The position numbers and the translations under genes were made by a program. This document shows, piece by piece, positions 9,247 through 19,088 of a stretch of DNA of 48,209 nucleotides. The first letter of the stretch is position 1. Every line of letters starts with the position of its first letter. The DNA comes from Bacteroidota bacterium (GTDB taxonomy: Bacteria; Bacteroidota; Ignavibacteria; Kapaibacteriales; UBA2268): positions 1-48,209 of the forward strand of contig JAJRPT010000117.1 in the NCBI GenBank assembly GCA_024280675.1. The letters run 5' to 3'. The notes under the pieces are model-generated. The model did not search any database and had not been told where the DNA came from. It saw nothing but the letters and a program-made list of their open reading frames with translations.

Positions 9247-9472
9247 GATGAAATATTTTGGAATGATTGCCGAGAGCCTTGGCAAAGAAGAGGAGACCCT
9301 GGATTTAGACATTAAGATGGTGAGTGATTTGAGCGATTATTTCCTGAGTGAGTTCAGCAGATTAGAAGAAATGAATTTCCAAATTTCGGTCAATCTAAAT
9401 ATTGTTCCTGCCCAGTTCGAGCTTAGTGAAAATGACGAAGTGGCACTTCTTCCTGCATTTGCTGGTGGCTGA
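9236..9472 (+). CDS. moaD: molybdopterin synthase sulfur-carrier subunit
   Basis: 78 aa of ubiquitin-like size, ending ..LLPAFAGG (C-terminal Gly-Gly). It overlaps the moaC end. Confidence 0.85.
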   Translation: MKIKMKYFGMIAESLGKEEETLDLDIKMVSDLSDYFLSEFSRLEEMNFQISVNLNIVPAQFELSENDEVALLPAFAGG

Positions 9473-9522
9473 CACACTTCGTGTGTTTATAATTTATTGT
9501 AATCTCTCGAATTCTAAAAATT

Positions 9523-10620
9523 ATGTTATCAACTAAAGAAAAATACAGATACAGCCGCCATATCTTACTTGATAAAGTGGGCGAGTCGGGCCAAGGGAAA
9601 TTGAAATCTGCTCGAGTATTGGTCATTGGTGCTGGTGGTTTGTCTTGCCCAGCACTTCAATATTTGGTAGCAGCAGGCGTTGGGCATATTGGAATTATTG
9701 ATTTTGATACAGTTGATGAATCAAATTTGCAACGCCAGATATTGTTTGTTCCAGACGATATTGGCAAGAATAAGGCAACTATTGCCTCGCAAAAACTAAG
9801 CAAACAAAATCCTTATGTTCAATTTGATGTTTATCCAGAAAAATTAACAAACAAAAATGCGATTGATTTGTTTGAGAAATATGATTTAATTTTGGATGGG
9901 ACGGACAACTTTTCCACCCGGTATTTGATAAATGATGCCAGCATTTTGACTGCACGTCCTTTTGTCTATGGCGGAATTTATAAATTTGAGGGGCAAGTTT
10001 CGGTCTTTAATTTTGAGAATGGAGCAAGTTATAGGTGCTTATTTCCAAGACCACCGGCTAAGTCTCCGAATTGTTCAGAGATTGGCGTGCTTGGAATTTT
10101 GCCAGGAATCATCGGCACAATGCAGGCAAATGAAATCATTAAAATAATTTTAGGAATAGGAGATGTGCTATCTGGTAAGATATTGAATTACAATGCACTT
10201 ACCGCAGATTCTACAAGGATTGCCATCAAGAAATCTGACAAACAAATCCAAAATATTTTAGATATGCGAGATGATTTCAAAGATTATAATTATGATTATT
10301 TTTGCGAGACAAATCACGATAATAAAAAAGTTGAAAAAATTAAAGAAATTAGCTCAGAAGAGTTAAAACAAATTCTAAAGACACGAAGTATCCAGGTTTT
10401 AGATGTGCGACAAGAATGGGAAATGCCCAAAATTATTGAATTAAATGCAATAAACATCCCACTGGGTGAAATTCCAAATAGATTATCTGAATTAGACAAA
10501 GACAAGCAAACGCTTGTCTGTTGCCAAAGTGGAATAAGAAGTCGAGAATGTATCAAACTATTAGAAAAACAAGGATATTCTAATCTGATAAATTTAAAAG
10601 GTGGAATCAGCTCATGGTAA
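9523..10620 (+). CDS. moeB: MoaD/ThiS adenylyltransferase with C-terminal rhodanese domain (MoeB/MoeZ-like)
   Basis: 365 aa. It has the RYSRHILL..VGE.GQ.KL opening, a VLVIGAGGL nucleotide loop, and C-terminal rhodanese with active-site CCQSGIRS. Confidence 0.88.
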   Translation: MLSTKEKYRYSRHILLDKVGESGQGKLKSARVLVIGAGGLSCPALQYLVAAGVGHIGIIDFDTVDESNLQRQILFVPDDIGKNKATIASQKLSKQNPYVQFDVYPEKLTNKNAIDLFEKYDLILDGTDNFSTRYLINDASILTARPFVYGGIYKFEGQVSVFNFENGASYRCLFPRPPAKSPNCSEIGVLGILPGIIGTMQANEIIKIILGIGDVLSGKILNYNALTADSTRIAIKKSDKQIQNILDMRDDFKDYNYDYFCETNHDNKKVEKIKEISSEELKQILKTRSIQVLDVRQEWEMPKIIELNAINIPLGEIPNRLSELDKDKQTLVCCQSGIRSRECIKLLEKQGYSNLINLKGGISSW

Positions 10621-11054
10621 AGAAGAAAAAATCAGTATTAACTAAAGGTGCAATAAGCCCAGAAATAATTGCCCAATCAATAGCTCACCACAGTGTAGGG
10701 ACTGATATTGGTGCGCACGACATTTTCCTGGGCCAAGTCCGTGCCGACACTGCCAACGACAAGACCGTAACTGCAATAGAATATACAGCTTATGAAGAAA
10801 TGGCTGAGGCAAAATTTAGCCAAATCAGAGAGTCTGCATTCGCCAAATTCGACCTCATCTGCTTGCACATCCTCCATAGTTTGGGCAAAATAAATGCGGG
10901 TGAGATTTGTCTTTTCGTCTTCACTTCATCTGCTCACAGGACGGACGCAATGGCAGCCACAAGATATATTGTTGAAGAAATCAAGGCAGATGTCCCTGTT
11001 TTTGGCAAAGAAATTTTTGATAATAAATCTCATCAGTGGAAGGTTAATAAGTAA
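10614..11054 (+). CDS. moaE: molybdopterin synthase catalytic subunit
   Basis: 146 aa of MoaE size, with context between moeB and moeA. Conserved-looking ..GAHDIFLGQVR.. and ..VPVFGKE..... segments are present. Confidence 0.85.
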   Translation: MVKKKKSVLTKGAISPEIIAQSIAHHSVGTDIGAHDIFLGQVRADTANDKTVTAIEYTAYEEMAEAKFSQIRESAFAKFDLICLHILHSLGKINAGEICLFVFTSSAHRTDAMAATRYIVEEIKADVPVFGKEIFDNKSHQWKVNK

Positions 11055-11055
11055 A

Positions 11056-12267
11056 ATGATAAATTATGAAGAAGCAAATAAAATAATTCTCAGAGAATTG
11101 AGCAAAATCACCAAAAGGATAATCGAAGTTGATTTGCAAGATTGCTTGGGCAGAACATTGGCAGAAGACGTATTTTCTGACACCGACCAGCCCCCATTTG
11201 ATAATTCTGCCATGGACGGAATTGCAATTAAATTCAATGAAAATATTCGTTCGTGGAGTTTGATTGGTGAAATCTCTGCTGGAAATTATGAACACTTTGA
11301 GCTTGACGAAAATTCTTGTGTTAGGATTATGACTGGTGGAAAAATGCCATCTTCGGCAGACACGGTCATTCCTGTGGAGTTACTTGCCGAGTATGGAAAA
11401 CGGATTTCACTTCTAAGTGATGTGAAAATAAAAAAAGGAACTCATGTCCGAAAGAAGGGAAGCGATTTGTTTGTTGGAATGAAGTCGGTCGAAAGTGGTA
11501 TAAAAATCAAATCAAATCACATTTCAATGCTTTCTGCTTGCGGTGAGTCAAAGGTCAAGGTTTACGACAAACTCAAGATTGGGCTTCTTGTCACCGGCGA
11601 TGAGCTTGTGGAAATCTCAGAGATACCGCTTGGCGATAAAATCCGTGCAAGCAATCTCTACACTCTTTTGTCCTCTGTCAAAGAATCGGGGCACGAGGCT
11701 CTGAGCTTTGGTCTTGTGGGCGATGACCGTGAATTGACAGAAGAAAAAATAAGATCAGCACTCAATTCTGATATTGACATTTTCCTAACTACTGGCGGAG
11801 TTTCTGTTGGCAAATATGATTTCGTCAAAGAAATTTTAGAGCAGCTGGGCTGTGAGACAAAATTTTGGCGTGTGAATATCAAACCTGGAAAACCTGTTCT
11901 ATTTTGCACTTTTAATAATGATTCCAGAAGCAAACTTGTGTTTGGGCTTCCGGGTAATCCAGTTTCAGCTTTTGTCACATTCAATATTTTTGTAAAAAAT
12001 AATATTGACAAGTATTTTAATTCTAAAGAAAATAAAAATATTATTGCAGAATTAAACGATGATATAAGAAAGAAAGACAGGAAAAGACATTTCTCAAGAG
12101 GTATTCTCACCTATGAACCTAGTCTTGCAAGATATTTTGTAAGCGACGCTGGATCTGTCTCGAGTGGAAATATGGCATCACTCTCGAAGGCAAATTGCCT
12201 AATAATTTTAAAAGAAGAAACATCTCATCTAAGAAAAGGAGAAATGGTAGAATGTATAAAAATATGA
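11056..12267 (+). CDS. moeA: molybdopterin molybdenumtransferase
   Basis: Motifs SAMDGIAI, TTGGVSVGKYDF and GLPGNPVSAF are present. I place the start at ATG 11056 (MINYEEA..), 2 nt after the moaE stop. I do not use the track start at 10894, which would overlap moaE by 160 nt. Confidence 0.9.
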   Translation: MINYEEANKIILRELSKITKRIIEVDLQDCLGRTLAEDVFSDTDQPPFDNSAMDGIAIKFNENIRSWSLIGEISAGNYEHFELDENSCVRIMTGGKMPSSADTVIPVELLAEYGKRISLLSDVKIKKGTHVRKKGSDLFVGMKSVESGIKIKSNHISMLSACGESKVKVYDKLKIGLLVTGDELVEISEIPLGDKIRASNLYTLLSSVKESGHEALSFGLVGDDRELTEEKIRSALNSDIDIFLTTGGVSVGKYDFVKEILEQLGCETKFWRVNIKPGKPVLFCTFNNDSRSKLVFGLPGNPVSAFVTFNIFVKNNIDKYFNSKENKNIIAELNDDIRKKDRKRHFSRGILTYEPSLARYFVSDAGSVSSGNMASLSKANCLIILKEETSHLRKGEMVECIKI

Positions 12268-12881
12268 CAGGGATAATACTTTCCGGCGGCAAATCGACTA
12301 GGATGGGGCAGAACAAATCATTGTTGAAAATTGGCAATGTGACCGCCATTGAGCGAATCCTAAATCTAATGAAGCCCTTGTTCCCCAGAATAATTCTCAG
12401 CACAAATTCGCCTCAAGAATATGAATTCTTGGGTCTTGAGATGTTTGCCGATATTTACAAAAACACTGGGCCCATAGCCGGGATTCACGCAGGCTTATCC
12501 GCCTCAATGACACAGAAGAATTTCATTATCTCCTGTGATATGCAGCTTATGAGCGAAGATGTTATTCGTTTCCTCATTGATTACCCGACCCAAAGCTCAA
12601 TCACAATAGCCAAGGCAGATGGCTTTTTCCAACAACTAGCTGGGGTTTATCACAAAGACTCAATCAAAGAGATTGAAAAAATCATTAACGAATCTGCCAC
12701 CGAGGAGGAAAACAGATCTGGTGAGCAGGTAAAACGTGGATGCAAAGTTTTCAAGCTGGTAAATAATATGAACGCCAAAATCATCGACGCAGAGAGCGAA
12801 ATCCCCAACTACAAAGCTGGAACATTTTTCAACATGAACAAACCCCATGAATTCGACGAAATAAAAGCAATACTAGAATAA
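12264..12881 (+). CDS. mobA: molybdenum cofactor guanylyltransferase
   Basis: N-terminus MTGIILSGGKSTRMGQNKSLL matches the MobA LAGG..RMG..K motif. ATG 12264 forms an ATGA overlap with the moeA stop. ATG 12252 is an alternative start. Confidence 0.85.
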   Translation: MTGIILSGGKSTRMGQNKSLLKIGNVTAIERILNLMKPLFPRIILSTNSPQEYEFLGLEMFADIYKNTGPIAGIHAGLSASMTQKNFIISCDMQLMSEDVIRFLIDYPTQSSITIAKADGFFQQLAGVYHKDSIKEIEKIINESATEEENRSGEQVKRGCKVFKLVNNMNAKIIDAESEIPNYKAGTFFNMNKPHEFDEIKAILE

Positions 12882-13469
12882 CTCATCGTCCAAATCACTG
12901 AGTTCACCCCTTAGTTCATTTGATTCTGAGTCTTTGTCCTTGCCTGTTAATTCCTTGATTAATTCCTCTACCTTTGGAAATAAAATATCATTTTCTAGGT
13001 GGATATGCTGGAGTAAGTCCTCATGGAACTCCTTTAATTTAGCAAAATAAGCGATAGTTGTTTTGCAAGCATTTCCCCATGGAGCGTAATCATTGCTTAT
13101 ATTTTTGATAGAGCCGAGTACTTTCAAAGCATTCTCATGCTCATAAATCATTGCAATTATCAAGTTTTGGTTGCTTTCACTTTTTGGATTTATTTCTTTA
13201 TCATCTTTTCCTATCTTTTGCAAGTCCAAAATATTTGGAAACAGAATATTTTCTTCTTTTTCAATATGTGAGAGAAGTTCGACAAAGAGACCTTTGAGCA
13301 AAGCAGCAATTTTAACAAGCTCATCATATTCACCGCCGTGATATGAAACTACTTTCTTGGAAAATTGCTCAAGCATAGGAATGCTCGATTTTACATAAGT
13401 ATGGTGGTTTTCCAATATGTATGTGATAAGAGAATGTGCGTTCATATCATTAAATTGTGAATCAGTCAA
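12873..13469 (-). CDS. hemerythrin-like di-iron protein of the RIC/YtfE/ScdA (iron-sulfur cluster repair) type
   Basis: 198 aa with repeated H..E-type helices (ENHHTYV; HIEKEENILFP; EHENALK; HIHLENDILFP), as in RIC hemerythrin domains. The short N-terminus suggests the ScdA_N domain is missing. Its 3' end overlaps the mobA 3' end by 9 nt. Confidence 0.7.
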   Translation of the reverse strand: MTDSQFNDMNAHSLITYILENHHTYVKSSIPMLEQFSKKVVSYHGGEYDELVKIAALLKGLFVELLSHIEKEENILFPNILDLQKIGKDDKEINPKSESNQNLIIAMIYEHENALKVLGSIKNISNDYAPWGNACKTTIAYFAKLKEFHEDLLQHIHLENDILFPKVEELIKELTGKDKDSESNELRGELSDLDDELF

Positions 13470-13523
13470 GTTCTTATTTCCTTGTTATAAAAAAAAGTAA
13501 TAAACGGATTTAAGTATCTTTTA

Positions 13524-15152
13524 TTATTTTTTAGTCCAATTAATTAAAGCATTTGTAGAGGAATCAAATGCGTGCGTCTCTTTTTGAGAATTTAGTTCAA
13601 GCAATACATCATTTGCTATTTCTTTGCCCAGCTCAACACCCATTTGGTCAAATGGATTAATGCCCAGAAGATGCCCAAGAGCAAATGTCTTGTGTTCATA
13701 AAATGCTAGCAAGGAACCCAGATTCTCTGGAGTCAATCTTTTTGCAATAATTGTATTGCTTGGCTTATTTCCAGGAAATACTTTATGTGGCAGTATATCC
13801 TGGATTTCTTCGATACTCTTCCCTTTTCTCAACAAATTCTCCCGAGCTTCAGTTTCTGTCCTCCCTTTGATAAGAGATGCCGCTTGTGCAAAAAAGTTTG
13901 CCAATAGGATTTGATTTTGATTATCGAGAGGATCATATTCGGCAAATGCAATAAAATCCACGGGAATCATATCCGAGCCTTGGTGCAATATCTGGAAGAA
14001 AGAATGTTGGGCATCTGTACCTACTTCGCCAAAAACAATACCTGAGCTTTTGTAATCCAGCTTTTCTCCATTTTTAGAAACAGATTTACCGAGAGATTCC
14101 ATTTCAAGTTGGGAAAGCCAGTCTGGGAAATATTTCATATCCTGATTATATGGAACGACAGCACGAGCATTTGTTTGGAAGAAACTGCGATACCAAAACT
14201 CTAGCATTGCCATAAGCACCGGAATATTTTGTTCAAAGCTACTTTTTGCAAAATGATTATCAGCCATTTCTGCTCCTTTCAACAGCTTTTCATAATTCCT
14301 ATATCCTATACCGATTGAAAGTGCCAGCCCCATGGCAGACCAAAGTGAAAAACGCCCACCCACCCAATCCCATACTTCCAACACATTTTCTTTTTTTATC
14401 CCATACTCCAAACACTTTTCATAAGAAGAGGAAACGGCAAGGAAGTGCTTGTCAAAATCAGATTGCGAAACACCACTGCGAATCATCCAATTCATTACAA
14501 GCGAGGCATTGGCGAGTGTTTCCGTGGTAGAAAATGATTTCGAGCAGATAATAAAAAGCGTAGTTTCTGGGTTAAGATCCCTCATAATTGGCATCATAGC
14601 CCGCCTATCAACATTTGCCACAAAGTGAATTTTTATATTGTTGTGATATTGAGAAAGGGCTGAATATGCCATTTTCACACCAAGATCAGAGCCACCAATC
14701 CCAATGTTTATAATATTCTCAAGAGCTTTACCAGTGTGTCCTTTCCATTGCCCAGAAATAATTTTATTCGAAATCTCTTTGATTTTATTGCGTGATTTTT
14801 CTATCTGACTTTTAACATTAATTTTATCAATAAATATTTCTTCAACAGTGAAATTCCTAAGTGCAGTGTGCATGGCGGCACGATTTTCAGTATTATTAAC
14901 TTTTTTTCCTGCCAATAGATCTCTGACTGCAAACTTCAGTCGAGACTTTCTTGCCATCTCACAAAGAAAAGTAATCGTATCGTAATTTATTCGATTTTTG
15001 GAATAATCAAAGATAAACTCATTCCATTCAATGTGAAATTTATCAAACCTATCCTCATCATAATCAAAGACATCTCTTAAATGCAGGTTGTTAATACTAA
15101 AATGATGAGTTTTTAGTTCGTGCCAAATTTTTGAAGATGTAAGTTTACTCAT
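13524..15152 (-). CDS. pgi: glucose-6-phosphate isomerase
   Basis: 542 aa with IGIGGSDLG, DWVGGRFSLWSAMGL and GVELGK motifs typical of PGI. Confidence 0.93.
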   Translation of the reverse strand: MSKLTSSKIWHELKTHHFSINNLHLRDVFDYDEDRFDKFHIEWNEFIFDYSKNRINYDTITFLCEMARKSRLKFAVRDLLAGKKVNNTENRAAMHTALRNFTVEEIFIDKINVKSQIEKSRNKIKEISNKIISGQWKGHTGKALENIINIGIGGSDLGVKMAYSALSQYHNNIKIHFVANVDRRAMMPIMRDLNPETTLFIICSKSFSTTETLANASLVMNWMIRSGVSQSDFDKHFLAVSSSYEKCLEYGIKKENVLEVWDWVGGRFSLWSAMGLALSIGIGYRNYEKLLKGAEMADNHFAKSSFEQNIPVLMAMLEFWYRSFFQTNARAVVPYNQDMKYFPDWLSQLEMESLGKSVSKNGEKLDYKSSGIVFGEVGTDAQHSFFQILHQGSDMIPVDFIAFAEYDPLDNQNQILLANFFAQAASLIKGRTETEARENLLRKGKSIEEIQDILPHKVFPGNKPSNTIIAKRLTPENLGSLLAFYEHKTFALGHLLGINPFDQMGVELGKEIANDVLLELNSQKETHAFDSSTNALINWTKK

Positions 15153-15199
15153 TTGATTTTATTAATTTAGTTTTCTGAAAAAAGTATAATCTCAAAATT

Positions 15200-15892
15200 A
15201 TGATTAAAAGTATAAATAAAAAAGCAATCGTATTAATCTCTGGCGGAATGGATTCGGCTCTTTGTGCTGGAATTGCCAAAGGTGAGGGCTTTAAGCTTTG
15301 TGCTTTGCATATTAGTTATGGGCAACGAACGTCGGCGCGTGAGAAAAAAGCATTTACCGATATTTGTAATTTTTATAGAATTGAAAAGAGACTTTGTGCC
15401 GATATAAAATACTTGTCCGATATTGGCGGTTCATCTCTTACCGACATGCCAATAAAAGTATCTGAGGTAAATCTTGAAAGTCATTCTATTCCAAGCACTT
15501 ACGTACCGTTTCGTAATGGAAATATTTTATCGATTGCCACATCTTGGGCCGAAGTCATTGGAGCGGGACATATTTTCATTGGTGCCATGGAGGAGGATTC
15601 GAGTGGCTATCCAGATTGCCGAGAAGAGTTTTTTAAATCTTTTGAACAAGCGGTTAATTCTGGGACAAAGCCTCAGACCAAAATTAAAATCATCACCCCC
15701 CTTATTCATCTAACAAAAAAAGAGGTTGTGGAGAAATCACTAAGGCTCAATGTCCCTTTGCATCTGAGTTGGAGTTGCTACCAAAGTGAGGACAAGGCAT
15801 GTGGTGAGTGTGATTCTTGTGGCTTGCGTCTTCGTGGATTCGAGATGGCGGGCGAGCGAGACCCTTTGGAATATAAGAGAAATATTAATTAA
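15200..15892 (+). CDS. queC: 7-cyano-7-deazaguanine synthase
   Basis: 230 aa with a PP-loop SGGMDS near the N-terminus and a C-terminal zinc Cys cluster (CYQ...CGECDSCGLR). Confidence 0.92.
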   Translation: MIKSINKKAIVLISGGMDSALCAGIAKGEGFKLCALHISYGQRTSAREKKAFTDICNFYRIEKRLCADIKYLSDIGGSSLTDMPIKVSEVNLESHSIPSTYVPFRNGNILSIATSWAEVIGAGHIFIGAMEEDSSGYPDCREEFFKSFEQAVNSGTKPQTKIKIITPLIHLTKKEVVEKSLRLNVPLHLSWSCYQSEDKACGECDSCGLRLRGFEMAGERDPLEYKRNIN

Positions 15893-17714
15893 AATCTTCG
15901 TCAACTAATGCAGTCGAATCTTGCATCTGCTCGTCTTTGGCAATAACAATGTTAAAATAATATTTATACAGCTCACGCGCAATGGGGGCTGCAGCATAGG
16001 AACCAGTGCCACCATTTTCAACTAGAACAACCATTGCAATTTCCGGCTCATCCATCGGTGCAAAGCTCACAAACCAAGCATGTGGCTCTCCGTGTGGATT
16101 TTGAGCAGTCGATGTTTTCCCACAAATATCAAGCCCTGGCAGCCAAGTATTGCGGGCTGTCCCTCCTTCTTGATTGACCACTTTCCACATACCTTTTCGG
16201 ATAATGTCAAAGTTCTTCTTAGAGATATTCAACTTTTGTTCCCCGCTCGACACATTTTGATAGCGTCCCGATGCCTTGTTAAATACTTTCTCAACAATAC
16301 GTGGTTGAAATAGTGTTCCTGAGTTTGCAAGTGCTGCGGTGTAAGCCGCCATTTGAATTGGAGTTGTAAGAATTTCACCTTGCCCAATCCCATAGTTTAA
16401 TTCTTTCCATTTTGGAATTTTACCTTTGTATTCTTCGGAAATAGAACCGTAGGATCGGTAATTCCCTCTTGATTCATAGGGCAGATCCACTCCTGTCTTT
16501 TGTCCAAAGCCAAAGAGATTACCATAGCTTATCATTTTTTCTAAGCCAAGCTCCATCCCCAATTTATAAAAGAAAGTATTACAAGAGTTACGAATCGCAT
16601 TTTCGACTGAGATATTACCATCGACGTGTGAGCAGCGGAAGAACTTATTGCCAAGCTGATACCCCCCCTGACAAAGAAAAGTAGAATTTCTAGTAATTAT
16701 TCCTTCTTCGAGTCCGGCAAGGGCCACCAGCATTTTCCAAGAAGAACCTGGGGGATAGGCAGAGTTAATTGCTCTGTGTTGCAATGGCTTGTCTTTGTTA
16801 TTCCTTACCTTATTATAGACTTTTGTAGGGATTCTTCCTGAGAAATCCTGCAGATTATAATCTGGTGCCGAAACAAGAGAAAGTACCCCACCCGTTCTTG
16901 GGTCAATTATAACAAGTGCGCCAAGATTTCCTTCCATCAGTTCTTCGGCCCTTAGTTGAAGCGAGTCAATGATACTGAGGTGCAAATCAAAACCACTACG
17001 TGCGGGTTCGTCGAGTGAGCCGTTGTCATAGCTTGCAACCCTCTGCCCATATTTATTTACATTTACATACAAAAGCCCGAAGCTACCTTTGAGAAAATCT
17101 TCATACGAATTTTCAATACCATTTTTGCCAATAGCGTCACCTGGGGAATAATATTTCTTTTCCTTTATCTGTTTCCCAGATATCTCACCAATATATCCCA
17201 AGAGGTGTGTCATTCGGGACTGCTTATTGTAAGCTCTTTTGGATTCAACGCCAATGGAGACTCCTGGTAAATACCTGTTGTATTCTTCCAGCCCATAGAT
17301 AAAATGTGGGTCTATATCCTTAAACATTTTAATAGCTTTTCTGGAGGAGTAGTTTTTATATTTCTCTAATTTTTCAACAAGCTCAAGCGAATCTATTCCC
17401 GAAAGTTCACCAAAGAGTTGCTTAGGGCATTTTTCAAATTCTTTTTTAATCAGCGAAATAGAAAAAGATGGCTCTGAAAATACAATTCTTTTCCCTGATT
17501 TGTCAAATATATTTCCTCGAACTGGCTCAACCCTGAGCAATTTAACAGATTGTGTTTGTGCAATTTTATGATATTTGCCATATTGTACAAGTTGCAGCCA
17601 AGCCAGTCTGAGCGTAAACAATATGCCAATCAAATAAATCAGCCACAGAATCACATCTTTTCGCCTTGAGTGGGCAAAAAACGGATTATCCCCAATATTA
17701 ATTTTGAGTGGCAT
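15885..17714 (-). CDS. mrdA: penicillin-binding protein 2 (class B transpeptidase)
   Basis: 609 aa with an N-terminal membrane anchor and a PBP dimerisation region. Transpeptidase motifs are SSWK (SxxK), SCN (SxN) and GKTSTA (KTG-like). Confidence 0.85.
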   Translation of the reverse strand: MPLKINIGDNPFFAHSRRKDVILWLIYLIGILFTLRLAWLQLVQYGKYHKIAQTQSVKLLRVEPVRGNIFDKSGKRIVFSEPSFSISLIKKEFEKCPKQLFGELSGIDSLELVEKLEKYKNYSSRKAIKMFKDIDPHFIYGLEEYNRYLPGVSIGVESKRAYNKQSRMTHLLGYIGEISGKQIKEKKYYSPGDAIGKNGIENSYEDFLKGSFGLLYVNVNKYGQRVASYDNGSLDEPARSGFDLHLSIIDSLQLRAEELMEGNLGALVIIDPRTGGVLSLVSAPDYNLQDFSGRIPTKVYNKVRNNKDKPLQHRAINSAYPPGSSWKMLVALAGLEEGIITRNSTFLCQGGYQLGNKFFRCSHVDGNISVENAIRNSCNTFFYKLGMELGLEKMISYGNLFGFGQKTGVDLPYESRGNYRSYGSISEEYKGKIPKWKELNYGIGQGEILTTPIQMAAYTAALANSGTLFQPRIVEKVFNKASGRYQNVSSGEQKLNISKKNFDIIRKGMWKVVNQEGGTARNTWLPGLDICGKTSTAQNPHGEPHAWFVSFAPMDEPEIAMVVLVENGGTGSYAAAPIARELYKYYFNIVIAKDEQMQDSTALVDEDFN

Positions 17715-18954
17715 TCTTTTTTAAGTTTTCAGAAATAGACAATACAGTGATTAGCAGAGGAAAGTAAATATAAAAATCTCTAAACATGACACTCGTAGTC
17801 AGCAAACTGGTGATAAAAACCAGTCCAAAGCTAGCCGCAACACAAGCCGATAGTGCCTTAGAATAATTGTCACCGTTCCAAATGGCTAGACTGACCGATT
17901 TCCAAAAATAGTAAATCAAGAAGAGATAAAACATTAATGCCATCGGAAAGCCAAAGCGATAAACAAAGGAAATATAGCCATTATGAACAAAACTACTTTG
18001 CCAATTTGTTTGTGTGATGAGATTATAATAGCTGTATTCTTTACTCATCCCACTTCCGCCCAAGGGAAAGCGTTTTATGTGCTCCCAAACCGCTTCATAT
18101 TCTTGAACCCTTGCCATAAGAGAAATATCTTTTTTATAGCTTTGAGTAGACGTAAATCTTTTCTGGAAATAACCCAATATTAGTTCTGAGCTTTGCCCAA
18201 AATAAAGCACAACAGAGAGGATGATGGAGGCAAATACTGCAAATGTTGTAATGTATATTTTGTATTTTTGACTGCTAGGCAGAAAAACCGTAGCCATCCC
18301 AAATCCAACTATTGTAGAAAACCAATAAATTCTGGACAATGAAATTATGAGTGCCACAAGAGAAAGGAAGAGAACAGAAATGATTAGAGTTTTGGCAAGC
18401 TTGCTAGGGTGCAGGTAAAATAAAATTGCTGAGAAAATGATTGACACCCCGCCCAAGAACTGACTTCCACGCCTGCCACTTGCAATTTCGTGGACAAATT
18501 CTGCAGAGGTTAAATTTTTATAACTAAGAAAAAGAGAGAATGAAGTAACAGCGATAATCGAGACAGCGGTAACGACAAGCAATTCATTGAGGTCATCTCT
18601 TGTTCTAAACTCATCTCTAAATGGAAAATACAAAAGTATTAACGAGAACATTAAAAACTCTCTCAAAACATTTAACAGCTCAGCACCAGAGACAATAGAC
18701 AGCGGAATCCAAAAAATGGCGACAAGTGTGAAGAAGATTAGAATCAGCATATCACCAAAGTTTTTCACAATGCTCTTCTTGTAAATAAACTTAGCCCGGA
18801 AGAACCAAAGCGACAGGCTTCCAATATAAAACACTCCCGTCAGAACGTCCAATACGCTAAGCCCTTCACCGGTAGTATTCAAAAAGACAAAAGAGCTAAG
18901 TAGTATCACATAAAGTTGCTTACGAGTGTTAAAAGAGAGCAAATACAGGAGCAA
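17698..18954 (-). CDS. O-antigen ligase/polymerase (Wzy_C) family polytopic membrane protein; true N-terminus probably further upstream
   Basis: Polytopic protein of 418 aa or more, with ..PLGGSGMS.. and ..SFVHNGYISFVYRFGFP.. resembling the Wzy_C/O-antigen-ligase loop motifs. No SEDS (RodA) QPSE-type motif is present. The reading frame stays open to 19083 and encodes another hydrophobic helix, but without ATG/GTG/TTG. Confidence 0.6.
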   Translation of the reverse strand: MLLYLLSFNTRKQLYVILLSSFVFLNTTGEGLSVLDVLTGVFYIGSLSLWFFRAKFIYKKSIVKNFGDMLILIFFTLVAIFWIPLSIVSGAELLNVLREFLMFSLILLYFPFRDEFRTRDDLNELLVVTAVSIIAVTSFSLFLSYKNLTSAEFVHEIASGRRGSQFLGGVSIIFSAILFYLHPSKLAKTLIISVLFLSLVALIISLSRIYWFSTIVGFGMATVFLPSSQKYKIYITTFAVFASIILSVVLYFGQSSELILGYFQKRFTSTQSYKKDISLMARVQEYEAVWEHIKRFPLGGSGMSKEYSYYNLITQTNWQSSFVHNGYISFVYRFGFPMALMFYLFLIYYFWKSVSLAIWNGDNYSKALSACVAASFGLVFITSLLTTSVMFRDFYIYFPLLITVLSISENLKKNATQN

Positions 18955-19088
18955 CGCGCCAATTATTGCCCCCAGAGAATACAGTCCTATTCCCTCCCAG
19001 AGCGAATAGAGGATAAATGCAATAAAGGCAATAGCAAGCGATATTATGGCATTATTCTTCAGAGTTCTGCGTCTTTTTGTTGATTAAT

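Noticed and set aside
10894-11055. A long upstream extension of the moeA ORF in the track (start 10894, 457 aa).
   Set aside because: It would overlap moaE by about 160 nt and encodes no MoeA-like sequence. ATG 11056, 2 nt after the moaE stop, gives a normal MoeA N-terminus.
12195-12263. An upstream extension of the mobA ORF (MPNNFKRRNISSKKRRNGR..).
   Set aside because: It lies inside moeA in another frame. The MobA motif MTGIILSGGKSTRMG starts at ATG 12264, which forms an ATGA overlap with the moeA stop.
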